This document shows, in pieces, positions 40,133-54,329 of a stretch of DNA of 64,000 nt (position 1 is its first letter; each line of letters begins with the position of its first letter). The stretch is from the human T2T-CHM13v2.0 reference genome, Homo sapiens: assembly GCF_009914755.1 (NCBI RefSeq), contig NC_060929.1; one strand, 5' to 3'. The notes below the pieces were generated by a model. The model made no database searches, was not told the DNA's origin, and saw nothing but the letters and a program-made list of their open reading frames with translations. The translations under genes and the position numbers were made by a program.

Positions 40133-41685
40133 TTTATTTAAGATTAATATGATAGTGCAGTGGAAAGATTACTGATTAGAAATCAAAGAAAGAGAATTCT
40201 AGTTTAAGTGAAATATGATGAGGTTTCTCACATACATAATGAAGATACTACCACATATGCTACCTAATTGATGGCGTTATGGTGAAAACTAAATAACATC
40301 ATACATGTAAAATGATCCTGTAAACCAAATAAAGTATCAAAATGAATTGAAACACAGTGTGAATCCTTTGAGTTTAAGGAAACCAAGATAGAAATCTGAT
40401 AATATTATCTGTGTAGGTGGTTTTCACATAGAATATGTAAAGATTTTAAGTAAGTTATTTAAACCCAATTACTTCTCATGCTTACTGAGGAGAAACCAAG
40501 GCAAAATGAGCTAAAATGAGAGAATAAGAGATATGAGTTAAAAAATATATAGATAAAAATAGGTATAGCCAAACACTAGAATTGGAAATTAATGGATACT
40601 GTCAAGTTTCCAATTATAGTTATTACTGTAAAATGTCGGCATGGTTGGGAGCTGTCTAAAATAACAAAGAGTGTGATTTGTGGAGAGAGATTGAAGTGAC
40701 CTAAATGACCTCTGAAAGCTCCTTCCATACCTAAGACCTCCACTCAGACTTTATACCCCAAGATGAGCTGTCAACAGGCTTTGGTAGGTTGTCTTGTAGG
40801 ATTCCAGACTTTGCCACATTCAGGAGCTCACTCTTTAATCAGTCAGCTCCTTTTGGTCTCCTCATGTCTCTTTTCTGGTGGTCAATTTCATCCTCAAATA
40901 ATTTGCAAAAAAAAAAAAAAAAAAGAGAGAGGTAAAAAGCTCCTTTTTGTTATTGCTTCTTTCTTTATAAATCCTGATGCTGTAATGCTATTTAAAAATA
41001 AATTTAGTAGGAAACTCAAAACCTTCTTCTTGCACCTCCCCTTTCTTGCTCCATAAAATTCCTATTGCAGTCTGAGCCATGACTAACATGTACAGTATGC
41101 TTGCAATGAAAATGGTTTTTTCCCCTACATGCCCTAACTCCAGATTTTCAATCTTATGACTCTACGCTTTGATTAAGACTTAGGTTGAAAGTAAGACTCT
41201 GTTGTCATCCCAGTCTCAGGTCCTTTGCCACTGAAGTCCTTGATTGGAAGATCTAACCTTACTGCATATTACAGTTCATTTCAGTGTGGAGAACCACAAA
41301 TAGCTAATGCTACTAAAAGGGGAAAATGCACATGGTTAGAAGGGGGAGAACTAAATACAAATATAGTTAGCCACAAATGTGATTGTGTGTATCTGGGCAA
41401 TAAGAGTCAGAGAACATTTGGCTCTTCCTTCAAAGTACAAAAATACATGTAAATATGAGAAGTGTTAAAAATAATATAGTTGGGGCACCACTGACCACAG
41501 TTGAAAAATTTCTGGGCGCATAAAATTAAGATAAATTATTTCCTCCCCATTTATTGGTGTTATATGAATCACCTTTGATTTGATCTTTTGAAATTGCTCT
41601 TCTATTATTCTGATTATAATATTCCCAGATTTTAGCCAATCCAATGTTAAAAGTTCACTCTCTCACCTCTATATCAATTATTTCC

Positions 41686-41710
<25 letters not shown>
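41686..41710. repeat. T25 homopolymer
   Basis: Direct count. Confidence 0.95.
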
Positions 41711-41716
<6 letters not shown>

Positions 41717-43039
41717 TTACTTTTCCCTCCCTCCTCCTAATGGAAACCAATTAGAATAATGAGGGCAAAAGGTTATATATACATCTGGTCCCTGCATTTA
41801 ACATCCTGATTTATCTTTTATGCTTTGTTGAGAACAATGGTGAAAGGTGGGCAAGGATACCCCCTTGCATATATTGTCAATGAAAATTTTTTTTAAAGGC
41901 ATCCTGCATTTTCACAATTTTCACATATGTGACATCTGAAATAACTCAGACATGGCAACATTAAGGAAAGCATTGCTTCTTAGTTTCATGTTTAATTGTC
42001 AGAGCCAGGAAAGAAGGAGGTGAAGAAAGAAGGCAGGACTTGTATGGGCTGACGCTTTAAGGGACTAAGCTGGGGCAGGCATGGCTTTCATTATATTTAA
42101 GTGAATTAGTCTGTTTCCTTTAAACAGGAGAGATTAACAAGCTACCAAGGGCCTGCTGTGGGATTCTGACACTTTTAGTGGCTTGTGACATATGATTTGT
42201 GAATATCAATTTGCCTTCAAAAGCAAAAAAGCAAATCTTCCATTAGTACAAGGTTCGCCAAAAGCTGATTCTAGGTTAGTTTGGTTGAAATTCATTGGGA
42301 AAAGCATTTGCTAAGATGGGGATTTTATTTGATAGTGTCTGGATAATTTTTAATTTATACTTTAGACTTAAAAATGGCTACATATAGATGTGGGAGTTTA
42401 ATATGAATACTTTCTTTAATAAAGATAATATTTCAAGTTCTGAACTTGGGAACTATGGGAAGATTAAATAAAGAAGAAAATAAATGTCAGCAACCCTAAG
42501 TTAACTTCTCTTAAAATTTTGCTTTCTTTGTAAAAGAGTATGTCTTCAGGCAGTTTGGCATCAAGACAAATATTTCTCAAACTGCAAGAAAATAAAATAA
42601 ATAGTGTTCCTCATATGTGAGAAGGTTAAAAATCTTTGATATTAAACAAATAACAAAAGAAATTTCAAACTGAAAGATCTGATAGAAAATGAATTCACAC
42701 TATAAAAGTATTTTTTAAATGTTTCCATTTATCATCCTTTGAAAAGTAACTACTGAAAAAAATCCATTTTTTTCATCTGTTTCTTTTTTAGCCATCAGGA
42801 GTTTCAAAATAAAAGTGGTCAGGAGCCAGACTTTTTTAACTGCAGGTAAACATTTGTAGATGGCAAGAAGAGATCTTTTTTTGTTCTTTATGTAGGCAAA
42901 CTTTGTCAAGAAAGCACAGAATACTCTATGGAAGTTTCCTCTAGCTATAAAGTTTAATTTGCTGATGTAGCATAGTGACTAATTTGCCTCTGTCTAATTG
43001 AAGGATTTCAAATTAGACTAGTTGCATCTTATCAAAGGG

Positions 43040-43280
43040 CACAATAGCTTAGTGATTAAGTGCACAGGAACTGAAGCCATACTACCTGGGTTCAAATCCT
43101 AGTCTCATCAATTATTAACTACTCAGTGAAGTTACTCGGCTTCTCAGTAGCTTCAAATTTTCCCATCAGTACAATAGGATAACCTAGTATCCACACTCTA
43201 GGATTGTTTTGAGCATTAAGTGAGTGTACATATAAAGTACATAGGCCTAAGCATTCAATATCATTAGTTATTATTATTTT
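43040..43280 (+). mobile_element. MIR, near full length
   Basis: tagcttagtgattaag...cctgggttcaaatcctag...ggattgttttgagcattaagtgag. Confidence 0.8.
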
Positions 43281-44223
43281 CTCCTATTCTAAAAACAGAA
43301 CTGAAACAATATCTAAAACCAGGAGCTAGATATCAGTAGTTAAGACCATTCACCCAGTTTGCATTAATCATTCAATGCTGCCTAAGAAAATTTTGTATGC
43401 TGTTTTTTTTTTTTTAAGTCTATCTGTTTTTTAAATGTAATGTGCTAATACACAAAGTAATTTAAAAAAAACACAGTGGCACATAAAGAACACATATGTT
43501 GATTAAAACTGAATTGCCTCAAAACCTTGCCCAAGATCAACATAGGGAAACAAGGATTTTTTTATAGTTAATGTAACAAACTATAAAAATATGACTTTAA
43601 TAACAACCTATTCCAAATTCTAATTTTTCCCTTTCTAGTCCCCAGTCTGCTTCTTCACAAAATGTCAATGTTACTAATTTAAAATTTTACTAATTCAATC
43701 AGAGTGCCAGTCACTAATAAGGACATGAGAGGGTAGGATGGTCTAGGACTGAGGCAATATATTTCTATTCTATCTATAATCATAGTCACTAATAGGGGAA
43801 AATATATAATAAGACAATTGATGGATGGCATTTTTCAATGAGTAAAATTGGAAGTATGCAATTCAGATTCTTTAATAATAATTTGATGCCTTCTTTGGAG
43901 CACAAAACATTAGGAAAAAGATGTCTTTGGCTAAGTGCCTCATACAACATAGCACCGCATACAACAAATAATTTCAAACCTCCACACCTCCATGAAGTCT
44001 TTTGGGACTGTGAAAAACCCAACCACACTACTTTAGGTTGTTCAGTACAATAATCATCTCAGACTAATTAGTTATGGCCATTGTCAGTGGTTACATACTG
44101 CTAAATTCAGCTGAAACTATAGGTCAAGCTTATTAAATGACTTTGAAGCCTTTGATATGAAGAAAAAATATTTTTAAAAATCTGTACAGAAGAAAAATGC
44201 GTCAGTGTGTATTGTGCTGTCAA

Positions 44224-44525
44224 TTTTTTTGTTGTTTTGTTTTTTTGAGACAGGGTCTCACTCTTGCCCAGGCTAGGGTTCAGTGGCACCATCAGGGCTC
44301 ACTGCAGCCTCATCCTAAGTGAAAGGGATCCTCCCGCCTCAGACTCTCGAGTAGCTAGGACTACCAGCAAGCACCATCATGATTGGCTAATTTTTTTTTA
44401 TTTTTTGTAGAGATGAGGTCTCCTTATGTTGTCCAGACTGATCTCAAATTCCTGGGCTGAAGCAATCCTCCTGCTTTGGTCTTCCAAAGTGTTGAGATTA
44501 CAGGTATGGGCCACTGCTTCCAGCC
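44224..44525 (-). mobile_element. AluJ-like SINE
   Basis: ttttttgagacagggtctcactcttgcccaggctagg...gattacaggtatgggccactgcttccagcc; GTCAATT on both flanks. Confidence 0.9.
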
Positions 44526-46586
44526 CATGTGGTCAATTCTTTATTAATATTTTCATATTCATGTTTCCTATGACTTTACAGGAGATATTCCATGAATTAT
44601 ATGGAATATGAATCTGGTATTATGTGTATTTTGTAGGTATAAAGAAATGTCACTTACATAGACATGAGCCTATAATTTGTATACTCATGAAACACCCAAG
44701 GTGGACAGAGTCACAGCTTTGACTGTAGTCCCAGTTCACTCGTCTGAGAAAAGGTCATCTACAGGAACTGAAACTCAAATAATCTCCACAGCTGAAGGAA
44801 AGAATTTCTCACAATAGAGGACTTTTTTCTCAATAAACCATAAGACATTAAAGAACTCTTTGAGTTCAAAAGATGGTTCCTGAGGAAACTATAGAATCTC
44901 GTCAATATTCCTTCTTCATGTTTCCAGTTTTGGAGGCTGGGCTGCAAATTCAAGTGATCACTTTGAGGGCTAGGTTCCCGCCAACACTCTTGGGGTTAGA
45001 CGCACATACGCATAAATTCCTGTGGCTTAAAAAAGAAGAAGGGAAGAGCTCTCAATCCCTAAAAGTTTGTTTACACGACTGTCATTTGGTGTAGCATCCC
45101 CAGCTCTTCCTTATAAATAGCAGTGGCGGAGCACTCTGACATGGTGAGAAAACAGCCAGCTTTTGATGAATATCATATCTTCTCTTCCCTCCCTCCAGCT
45201 TTAGCACACACGCACTCAGACACTTACAAGAGTGAGCTGAAAACTGACCTAATCTCAGATTTATCAGAAAATCTCTTTCACCAAACAGGGAGCATTTAAA
45301 CTTAAGCATGTGTTTTAACTTACTTTAAAAATTACCCCCTTTTTATAGAATATACTGGAACTTTCTCCCTTTCCAGAATATGTGCAAAAATACAAAATGT
45401 GCAAACCTGGAATATGTGTATGAAATTCATTCTGCCAAATTTTTCAGATTATCTCAAGCTCAAAAGACCTTTGTCCTTTCCTCCCATCACCTCTACACTT
45501 AATTTAGTGTTACTCTTAATTTTATTGTTTTTTAGAGATTATTAAAGTTCAGATTTCTATGTGTGAACATATTTGCCCCCCTCCTCCACCGCCAACTGTG
45601 TGCAGTGCATCTAGAATGAGACTTTTATAATTTTCATTTTGAGCAAGCACACTAGTTCATTCTGAGCATGTGGTCCATAGACCCAAGTTTGAGAAATATC
45701 TATTACTGCCTGTTATTACTACCTATTTCCAATCTGGCTTTCCTCTCCTTCTCCAAGCCTGTTTTCTAAATGCTCATTAGAAAGAATCTTCTTATAAAGA
45801 GAAATAGGTAGGGTATGGATCTCAAATCAGAATGCACAACTCTTATCTGTGGGCATTCTATCTCTAAGAAAGTTTCAGAAACCTCCTGGGGATTGGAATG
45901 AACATATGCATTTATTTGCCTAGTCTCAGATAATATAAGTAAAAATCCTTGAATGGCACTGGGGTTGGTAGAATTGATCCTCATGTGCTCTTTGTGCTCA
46001 AGGTAATCCTGGGTCACATTTCTTATCTCGTTCCCTTGCACTGGAGCCCCATTCCTAATTGCACCACCTTTCCCAATATCACAACCATCATCTCTCTTCT
46101 CAAATTACTATAGTCCCAGCACTCAGTAGACAAAGAGTGTTGAGGAGAAAAAGAAGTAAGCTCCATAACACTCTAAATTAGCAGCTGTTTCAGTCAGCCT
46201 CAGCTCCATAAAAGCTCCATTACCCTAAGACTTGACAACAAAACATTTGTCTGCTGTCTCTAACTTCATAGCCCCTATTACTATGAGAGAAACAAATTTT
46301 CTGTAAGAGGAAATGCCAGTTTTAGAATCTTATTTTTTTCCAAGCCATAAAAATTCAAGTGATGTAAACAAAGATGTTAATAAATTTTAGGAGAGTTGTA
46401 CTATGTATTATGGAAACATTTTGAGATGTGAGAGGCTTAAAGGTAGGATGTTAAAGGAAATCTACACATAGTGAGAGAAGATAGATGATAAAAGATGTTA
46501 GTTTCAAAGAGTAAATACACAGTAATGTCAACATAAATGTTGAAAAATCCTTCAGAATGTACCAGTTACTGAAATTTAATTACATT

Positions 46587-46993
46587 TGCTATGGTTTGAA
46601 TATTTGTCCCCTCCAAAATTCATTTTGAAATTTAATCCCCAGTATGGCACCAGGAACCAAAAGGTGATTGGTTCATGAATGCTCTGCCCTCATGATTGGA
46701 TTAATTCATTGATGGATTAATTGATTAATGGATTATAATGGGAGTAGAACTGGCGGCTTTATAAGAAGAGAAAGAGGAACCTGAACTACCACACTCAGCC
46801 CCTTTGATGTGTAATGTTCTCTGCTGCCACGGTGCCCTGCAGAAAGTCCACAGCAGCAAGAATACCCTCAACAGATGCGGCTCCATGACTTTGGACTTCT
46901 CAGACTTCAGAAGTATAAGAAACAAACTTTGTTTCTTATAAATTGCCCAGTTTCAGGTAGTCTCTTACAAGCAACAGAAAATGAACTAAGGCA
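46587..46993 (+). mobile_element. MST-family MaLR solo LTR
   Basis: TGctatggtttgaatatttgtcccctccaaaa...gcaacagaaaatgaactaaggCA; flanks acatt and acact (4/5 TSD). Confidence 0.88.
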
Positions 46994-47572
46994 ACACTAA
47001 TTACCCATTTTTAAAAATTGGTCTTCTCTCACCTTTAAATATAAAGGGGTTTCTTTAAATAGGAAAGGTTCCCATTGGTTTAGCGCCTATCTTCAGAAAA
47101 GGGGCTTTTGGGCCAGGTTAATGGGAACCCTTTAATCAAGTCAGATTGAATGTATCGCCCAAAGGAAAAACAGGCTACTTTTATGGATAGGTTCTGTATC
47201 AAACAACCAAAGCCCTTTGCTTTTGTAGTGCCTAGCAGTCAAGGTATTGTAAGCAAATAAACTATATTTTAAAATAACGTTTTAAAAGCATATAGTCAAC
47301 TAAATTTGTTATCCCTTTAGATTCAACTAAAATTTGAGGTTCCATTATAAGCCTGATACTTTCCTAGATACTTTTCATAGATTATTTCATTTAATCCTCA
47401 TAGACGGAATGAGAAAACAAAAGTTTAGAGACATTTCTGACTCACACCATTCGTTAAGAGGTTAGAACTTACATCTATTTGAGTCCATGCTTAGTACTAT
47501 CTACCACAAGATAGTGCTTTGTTTTTGTCAAATTATCCTTAATTTGGGCTGCACAAAGTTGTCTTAGATTCC

Positions 47573-49999
47573 TGTATTACTTTTCTAGGGCCGATATAAC
47601 AAATTACTACAAAGTTGATGGCTTAAAGCAACGGAAATTTATTCTCTCACAGTTCTGGAGGCCAGAACTCTAATATCTGTTTCCCTCGGCTGAAATTAAG
47701 GTGTTGGCAGGGCTGTATTCCATCTAGAAGCTCTCCAGGGGACAGCGTCCATTGCCTGCCTCTTTCAGCTTCTGGTGCCACATTCCTTGGCCACATTCCT
47801 TGGCTCATGGCCTTACCACTATGTTGAAAGCCAACAGTGTAGCATCTTCAAATCTCTGCTTCCATCCTCAAATCATCTTCTGCCTTCTGTGTGTACATCT
47901 AATCTCCCTCTGCTTCTCTCTTATAAGGACATTTGTCATGGTATATGAGGCCCACTTGAATAATCCAGGATAATCTCCTCATCTCAAAATCCTTAATTTA
48001 ATCACATCTGCAAAACTTTACCATATAAGGTAATAGTCACACATTCCAGGGATTACAGCCTGATATTTTTGGGTGGCCATTATTCAGCCTTCTGTATCCT
48101 ACCTAAATTAAAGCCCAAAATCTCATTTAAGTAACAGCAGCTCAAAAATCTCAAATTGTGTAATGTAAATAATGGAATTCAGATATGGATAAGACTCTGG
48201 GTATGATCTATCCTGGGCAAAATTATTCTCCATTACTGAGTCCATAAAACTAGAAAAAAAGTTATCAGTTCCTAAAATGCAATGGTAGAACAAGCATAGT
48301 ATAACAGTTATAAACATTCCTATTCCAAAAGGAGAAAAATGTAAAGAAGAAAGAAGTCACTGGTCCCAAGCAATTTCAAAATCCAGCAGGGTAAACTCCA
48401 CTAGGTTTCAAGGCCTGGGAATCAGCCTCTGTGACTTGAGGGTCCTGCCTCAGGGCACATGGCTAGAGTCTCTGCTTCTATGCCTCTGCACTTCCTTTGT
48501 ACCCAAGGCTCTGCATTCATGGTGATCCTTTTTCTTTAAAGCTATCATGTGTTTGCAGCTGAATAGTTTTATCAACTTGCCTGTAGAATTTTGGGAGTCT
48601 GACAGCCTTCCTTCAACTTGCTCTGTCTTTGTCTATTTTAGTTCCAGCTGGCAGTGTTTCTGCTGATACAACATTCTCAAAAACTCTGTGGTCCTCCCAT
48701 GTATGTCACAGGGATTCATGCCATGAGAGGGTTCTCTACAAATCTTTCCTAGGTAACCTCATCTCTATTCCTGACTTCTGCTGAGGTGGCTGAGGGAATC
48801 CATCCATCACATGTTTCATTTCTTCAGCACTATCATAAGGTTGTCTAGTCGTACCCTTAGCCTTCTCTTCAGAGCATGCTTTCCTAACAGTGAATCTCCC
48901 AACTTAGCATCTTTTGCAATCTGGATAGGCTGAGAATTTCCCAAATCATCAAGTGCTATTTTGATTCTGCTTAACAGTTCTTTTTTCACTTTATCTCCTT
49001 CTTTTTGCATTTTACTATAAACAGGAAGAAGAAACCAGGCTGATCCTTCAACACTTTGCTTGGAAATTTCCTCAGCTAAATATCCAAATTCATCACTTAC
49101 ACGTTCTGTTTTTCATACAACGTAGAACACAGTTCAGCTACATTTCTGTAGCTGAAAGGATTGCCTTTCTTCTAGTTTTCAATAACATATTCTTAATTTC
49201 CTTCTGAGCCCTCAAAAAAAGCACTGTTAATATTAATATGTCCACCAGCTTTCTGTTTATGATGTTATATGTATTCTCTAAATGAGGTAGGCATTCTCTA
49301 CTGTGCCTCACACCTCCTCCTAAATCCTCACCTTAGCACCTTTTATCCTCATATTTCTAACAGAAGTCTGTTTAAAGAAATCCAGGTTTCTTTATCATGT
49401 GCTTCAAAATCCATCCAGCTTATGTCCACTGTCCACGTCCCAAGCCACTTTCACATTTTTAGGTTGAGTTACAGCAGGACCCTGCTCTAAGTACCATATC
49501 TGTATTGGTTTCTTATGGCTTCTGCAACAAATTACCACAAAGTTGGTGTCTTAGACTAATATAAATCTATTCTCTCAATGTTCTGGGGACTAGAAATCCA
49601 ATATCAATTTTTCTGGGCCTAGAGCAAGGTGTCAGCAGGGCCAAACTCCTCTGTAGGTTCTAGGGAGACAATCTGTTCCTTTCCTCTTCCAGTCTCCTTG
49701 GCTCATGACTCCTTTGTCCATCTTCAAAGACAACAACATTGTATCTTTAAATCTTTCTGTTTCCATTTTCAAAATGCCTTCTGCCTTCTGTGCTTCTACG
49801 TATGTCTAATCTCCTTGTGTCTCTCTTATAAGGGCACTTGTCATGGCATTAAGGGCCTACCTGGACAATGACAATAATCTCCTCATTTCAAGATCCTTAA
49901 CTTGATCACATTTGCAAAAACTTTACAAATACAGTAACATTCACAGGTTCCAGGATTAGAACCTGATGTCTTTGGGTGCTCATTATTCAGCATAATATA
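47573..49999 (-). mobile_element. Two-LTR MaLR element, MLT1D-like: LTR 47573-48096, internal 48097-49500, LTR 49501-49999
   Basis: Two direct repeats of about 500 bp (tgtatt..acaaattac..caaagttg...cattattcagc) flanking 1.4 kb of MLT-int-like sequence. Confidence 0.85.
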
Positions 50000-50084
50000 G
50001 CTTTATTTCCTAATATAGGTACACTCCAGGAATCTGGTCCTTAGTCTGTGAAATAAATATACTAAACTAAAATATTTTAATAAT

Positions 50085-51150
50085 AATGTAGTTCAATACA
50101 CTCATATTATAGATTAAGTCTCTGAGGCCAAGATAAAGTAAATGACCTGCTTAAGATCCACAGTAAATGTTTTGACACAGACAAGACCACTCCCTTTACT
50201 CCCACTCTTTACAGCACTTTATTCTTCCTCTCTAAAATAATTACTAAGAATTGCTCATTTTTTAATAACCACCAAATTATCCAAGAATCCATAAACACAA
50301 CTCTGAAACTAGAAATAACTGTCTCATAGTCAGCAGGAATTTTAAAGGGGATAAAGTAATTTTTAATCCCCACTGAATGTTATCAGTAGTAACCTTAGGA
50401 AAAGTAGAGAAACATGAAAAATGATTCACTTCATGATTACACATTTTTTTTAATTCAGAAATTTTAATGAATTTAAGTACTTAACAGTCTCTTAAATAAT
50501 GATAGCCCTACTAACTTATTTTTCAGGTTCTCAGAATTGTAGAACTTAGAACTAAGTGAAATTTTAAGAGCTAATTTACTTCAACCATCATTTTAGGTAG
50601 GTAGCATATTAATCACCTTTCCAGACCAGGTGACTGAACTTTGAGAGTCTAAGTAAGTTGACCAAGATCATATGGTTAAAAGCAGTTATTTACCTAATAA
50701 TATATAGAAAGAGGACTTATTATATGCCAAATACTATCTTAAGTGCATGCATGTAAAAGTCAGTGAGGTGTGGTTCTCACTCTCAACAAGTTTTCTGTTT
50801 ATGAGGAAACTAGATGGGTAAACAGTCAACTAATCAAGTGTGGTATTGCATTATAATGCTAGGTATATGGTTTTTGGAAGCACAGGTTTTGAGAGGACAG
50901 CAGGAAGGTTTCCCAGAGATGACATCTAAGTGAAATTTGAAAAGAAGAAGAGCTGGGAAAGAGGGCAGGGACATCATTCCAGGCCGACCTAGCAGTGTCT
51001 GGCAAGGCTGAACAGGAAGGGACAAGGCAGGTTCTAGAACTGAAATCAACATAAAATAGCTATAATGGGCACTGTAGTAACAAACGAGGCCAGGGAGTTG
51101 GTAGGGAGTAAATCATGAGGGTCTTATATGACATGTGAAGGAATATAGAG
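50085..51150 (-). mobile_element. Cluster of MIR and L2 fragments
   Basis: tctgaggccaagataaagtaaatgacctgcttaagatccacag; ggaaggtttcccagagatgacatctaagtgaaatttgaaaagaag (L2 reverse). Confidence 0.55.
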
Positions 51151-51262
51151 ATTACATGATATTATATGACATATGACATGGGATGTGATGGAATGTAGTA
51201 GTATCTAAGAGGGAACTAGCTTGTGTGGATTTGTGCCTTACATAGACCACACTGATTAAGAC

Positions 51263-51376
51263 TAGGATGGTCTTGTGATAGTACACTGAGACTGAACAGG
51301 TGTTAATAATAAAATGCCAGAACAAGAGACATTTACTGGGACTGTCCCAGGCAAGCAAAGATAGAAGATCACCATC
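51263..51376. mobile_element. MER94-like hAT MITE
   Basis: Reverse strand ttgcctgggacagtcccagtaaatgtctcttgttctggcattttattattaacac; TAAGACT on both flanks. Confidence 0.65.
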
Positions 51377-51384
51377 ACTAAGAC

Positions 51385-51880
51385 TGGCCTAGGTTTTATC
51401 CTCAATTATGTTAACTCTATAATGTCAGTCTGGCACAATAACTTTTAGGCCTAATTTTCTCATCTAAACATAGTATGGGTATAACAACGATGATCTTACC
51501 CATATTACAAAATTTTTTTGAGAATCAATTGATGAAAGCATTAATCTGCTGAAGTTTTTATTATTCAATGATTTAGGGAATTTTTCACATAATGGAATAA
51601 TTAGTAACAACACAAGCAGTCATGGCATAAAAGAGTAATGAGAACTAACATTGTCAAACTCTTACATGGTGTTAGGTCCTATATTTAATACAACTTTACA
51701 TTTATAGTATCATTTGTAAATTTATGACTCATTCTTCCAACAGTGGTGAGGTTGGTTTATCTAAACTTAAAAGATGCAGAGACCAAGACCCAGGGAGTAA
51801 CTTGGCTACGATCACACAACTATGAAGTTTTATAAATAACCCAGATTCTACACCAAGAAGTCTGACTCAAGAGCTCATAG
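51385..51880. mobile_element. Two MIR fragments in opposite orientation
   Basis: ttttctcatctaaacatagtatgggtataacaa (+); aaagatgcagagaccaagacccagggagtaacttggctacgatcacacaact (-). Confidence 0.55.
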
Positions 51881-52048
51881 TGTCAGTAGGGGGGTGTAGT
51901 CGTATATATGCTGTCTGTATGTTTCTCCTAGTTTGTTTAAAAAACACTTACATGTACTCCTTTTCCAGAAAAAGAAGTTTAGCATACTTTGTTTCTTTTT
52001 CTGATTATCTAAACCAAGTAAATCTAAGACAAGTTAGAATACAAATGC

Positions 52049-52049
<1 letters not shown>

Positions 52050-52079
<30 letters not shown>
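52050..52079. repeat. A30 homopolymer
   Basis: Direct count. Confidence 0.95.
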
Positions 52080-52080
<1 letters not shown>

Positions 52081-53230
52081 AAAAAACCCACAACTAGAGC
52101 AAGAAATACTGATGCTTCAGGTGTTCCTTTTGGGGATTTGCTGGAAATTACAAAACCTCTTCACAGTGAAATATACATATTAAGAACTTTTGAAGTTCCA
52201 AGTATTTTAAATTGTAAAATAATGATCATTTGGCAAATCAGAAATATGAAGAATAATGTCATTTTAGTGAAGAGCAGAAGAACTCTTCTTTTCCATGTCC
52301 CTAGTATAAAATTAGTTCTTTTTTCTTTTGATTAAGCTACAATTTCTTGCTACTTACTATATTTAGATTGTCAATTATAATATAGATAATACTCTTTTGA
52401 AATATTCTTCCACTTTCTTTCTTTTTTTACTTCAAAAAGTAAAAATGAAAAAAAAAAGTAAAGGGCAAGTTTAAATAAAAATCATGTCAATGTAATATTT
52501 TGCCAGAAAGTTTAGATCCACAAATGTAAGGATACATTTACATACTTCCCTCTCACATGATACCACCTTCTACTGTACTTTGCTTTGTCTGTCAGAAGAT
52601 GCCCACCTGCATGCAAACTTTGTTTCCTCCCTGTGATTTCCTGAAAACTTCATGTTTGACTCTGCACCCACACACTTATGTGCCTTCGTTTAGAATATTC
52701 TTCCTTCTCTTGTTTTATCTCTGTCTAGCTGGAGTCCCTTATCCTCAGTGTGACCTCCTGATGTCATGCATCTCTCCCTCAGTTAGAGACTGCTGTTTAC
52801 TTAAATTCTGCCCTGCTTCTTGGCATTGAGTAGAAACTGCCTTATATGCTCTTCCAACTCCCTGTGATGATCTCCTCTTTCTACTTCTAGACTACAAATG
52901 CTTTAAGGGTATGAGCCAAAAAGGTCACAGTAATAGGATGAGAAACAAAAAACAACTACCAAGTTTAATAAGAACTAAGTATCTGTGATAATGCTGTCTC
53001 GAAACTGTAAGTTGAAATATAAGACTTATTCTGAAATATTTAAAAATTAAGAATTACTTTTCTTTGTTGCCTTTTATTCTATAGTCATCAAATCTCCACG
53101 GTTACCTATTTCGCTATTCTTTTTTTCTTTCTTTTAACCTTTTACAGCTTGTGTCCTTGAAAATATTCATCTTCTATTCTTTATTTTAAGCACCTTGTTC
53201 TCTCCTCAAGTTACCTTCAGTTTTCAAATA

Positions 53231-53904
53231 CAGGTTGAGTATCCTTTATCTGAAATGCTTGGGATCAGAAAGGTTTCAGATTTTGGAATTTTCAGTTTTT
53301 GAAATATTTGCATATACATAATGTGATATCTTGGGGATGGGACCCAAGTCTAAACACAAAACTAATTTGTGGTTTACATACACACAGCCTGGAAGTAATT
53401 TTTTAAAATATTTTAAATCATTTTGTTCATGAAACAAAGTCCATATACATTGAACCATCAGAAAGCAAAGATGTCACTATCTTAGCCGTTGATGTAGGTA
53501 ATCTGTGGTTGTTTGGCATCACCATCATTCCTGACTCTGAATTTAAATGCTACTGATAAGCAATCATTTTCTTACACTTATTCATACATAAGTACTTAAG
53601 AGTAAACAACATGACATACCACTATTACAGTGAAAAAATCATGTGTTGGGGGTAACTAGGCAGCACAGTAGCATCACCAGAATACCTGTATCAGCTGTTA
53701 AGCAACAGCAGCTGAAGGGGGATGGGAGGGTCTTTTTTCCCCTTGGGGATGCTGAATAAACTGTGCCCCTGTGTTTGGACTGTGATCTGTTATATGAGGA
53801 CAGGTTTGGAATTTTCTACTTGTGGCATCATGTTGGCACTCAAAAAGTTTTGGACTTTGGAGCATTTTGGATTTGAGAATTTTGGATTAGAAGTGCTCAA
53901 TCTG
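53231..53904. mobile_element. Tigger4/Zombi (MER46-family) internally deleted DNA transposon
   Basis: TA|caggttgagtatcctttatctgaaatgcttggga...ttttggattagaagtgctcaatctg inverted termini. Confidence 0.85.
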
Positions 53905-53925
53905 TTTCTTCTACCAATTTCTTAA

Positions 53926-54291
<366 letters not shown>

Positions 54292-54329
54292 GATATTTCC
54301 CTTTTTAAACAAAAACCAAGTATATTTCT

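Noticed and set aside
41686-41710. T25, A30 (52050) and A18 (40907) as processed pseudogene tails
   Set aside because: No adjacent retrocopy body or convincing TSD.
50685-50715. Other AG|GT junctions on minus (also near 2325, 55030, 59915)
   Set aside because: Poor polypyrimidine tract or weak donor, some inside MIR sequence.
51880-52335. 151-aa ORF with poly-Lys
   Set aside because: Poly-Lys is the translated A30 tract.
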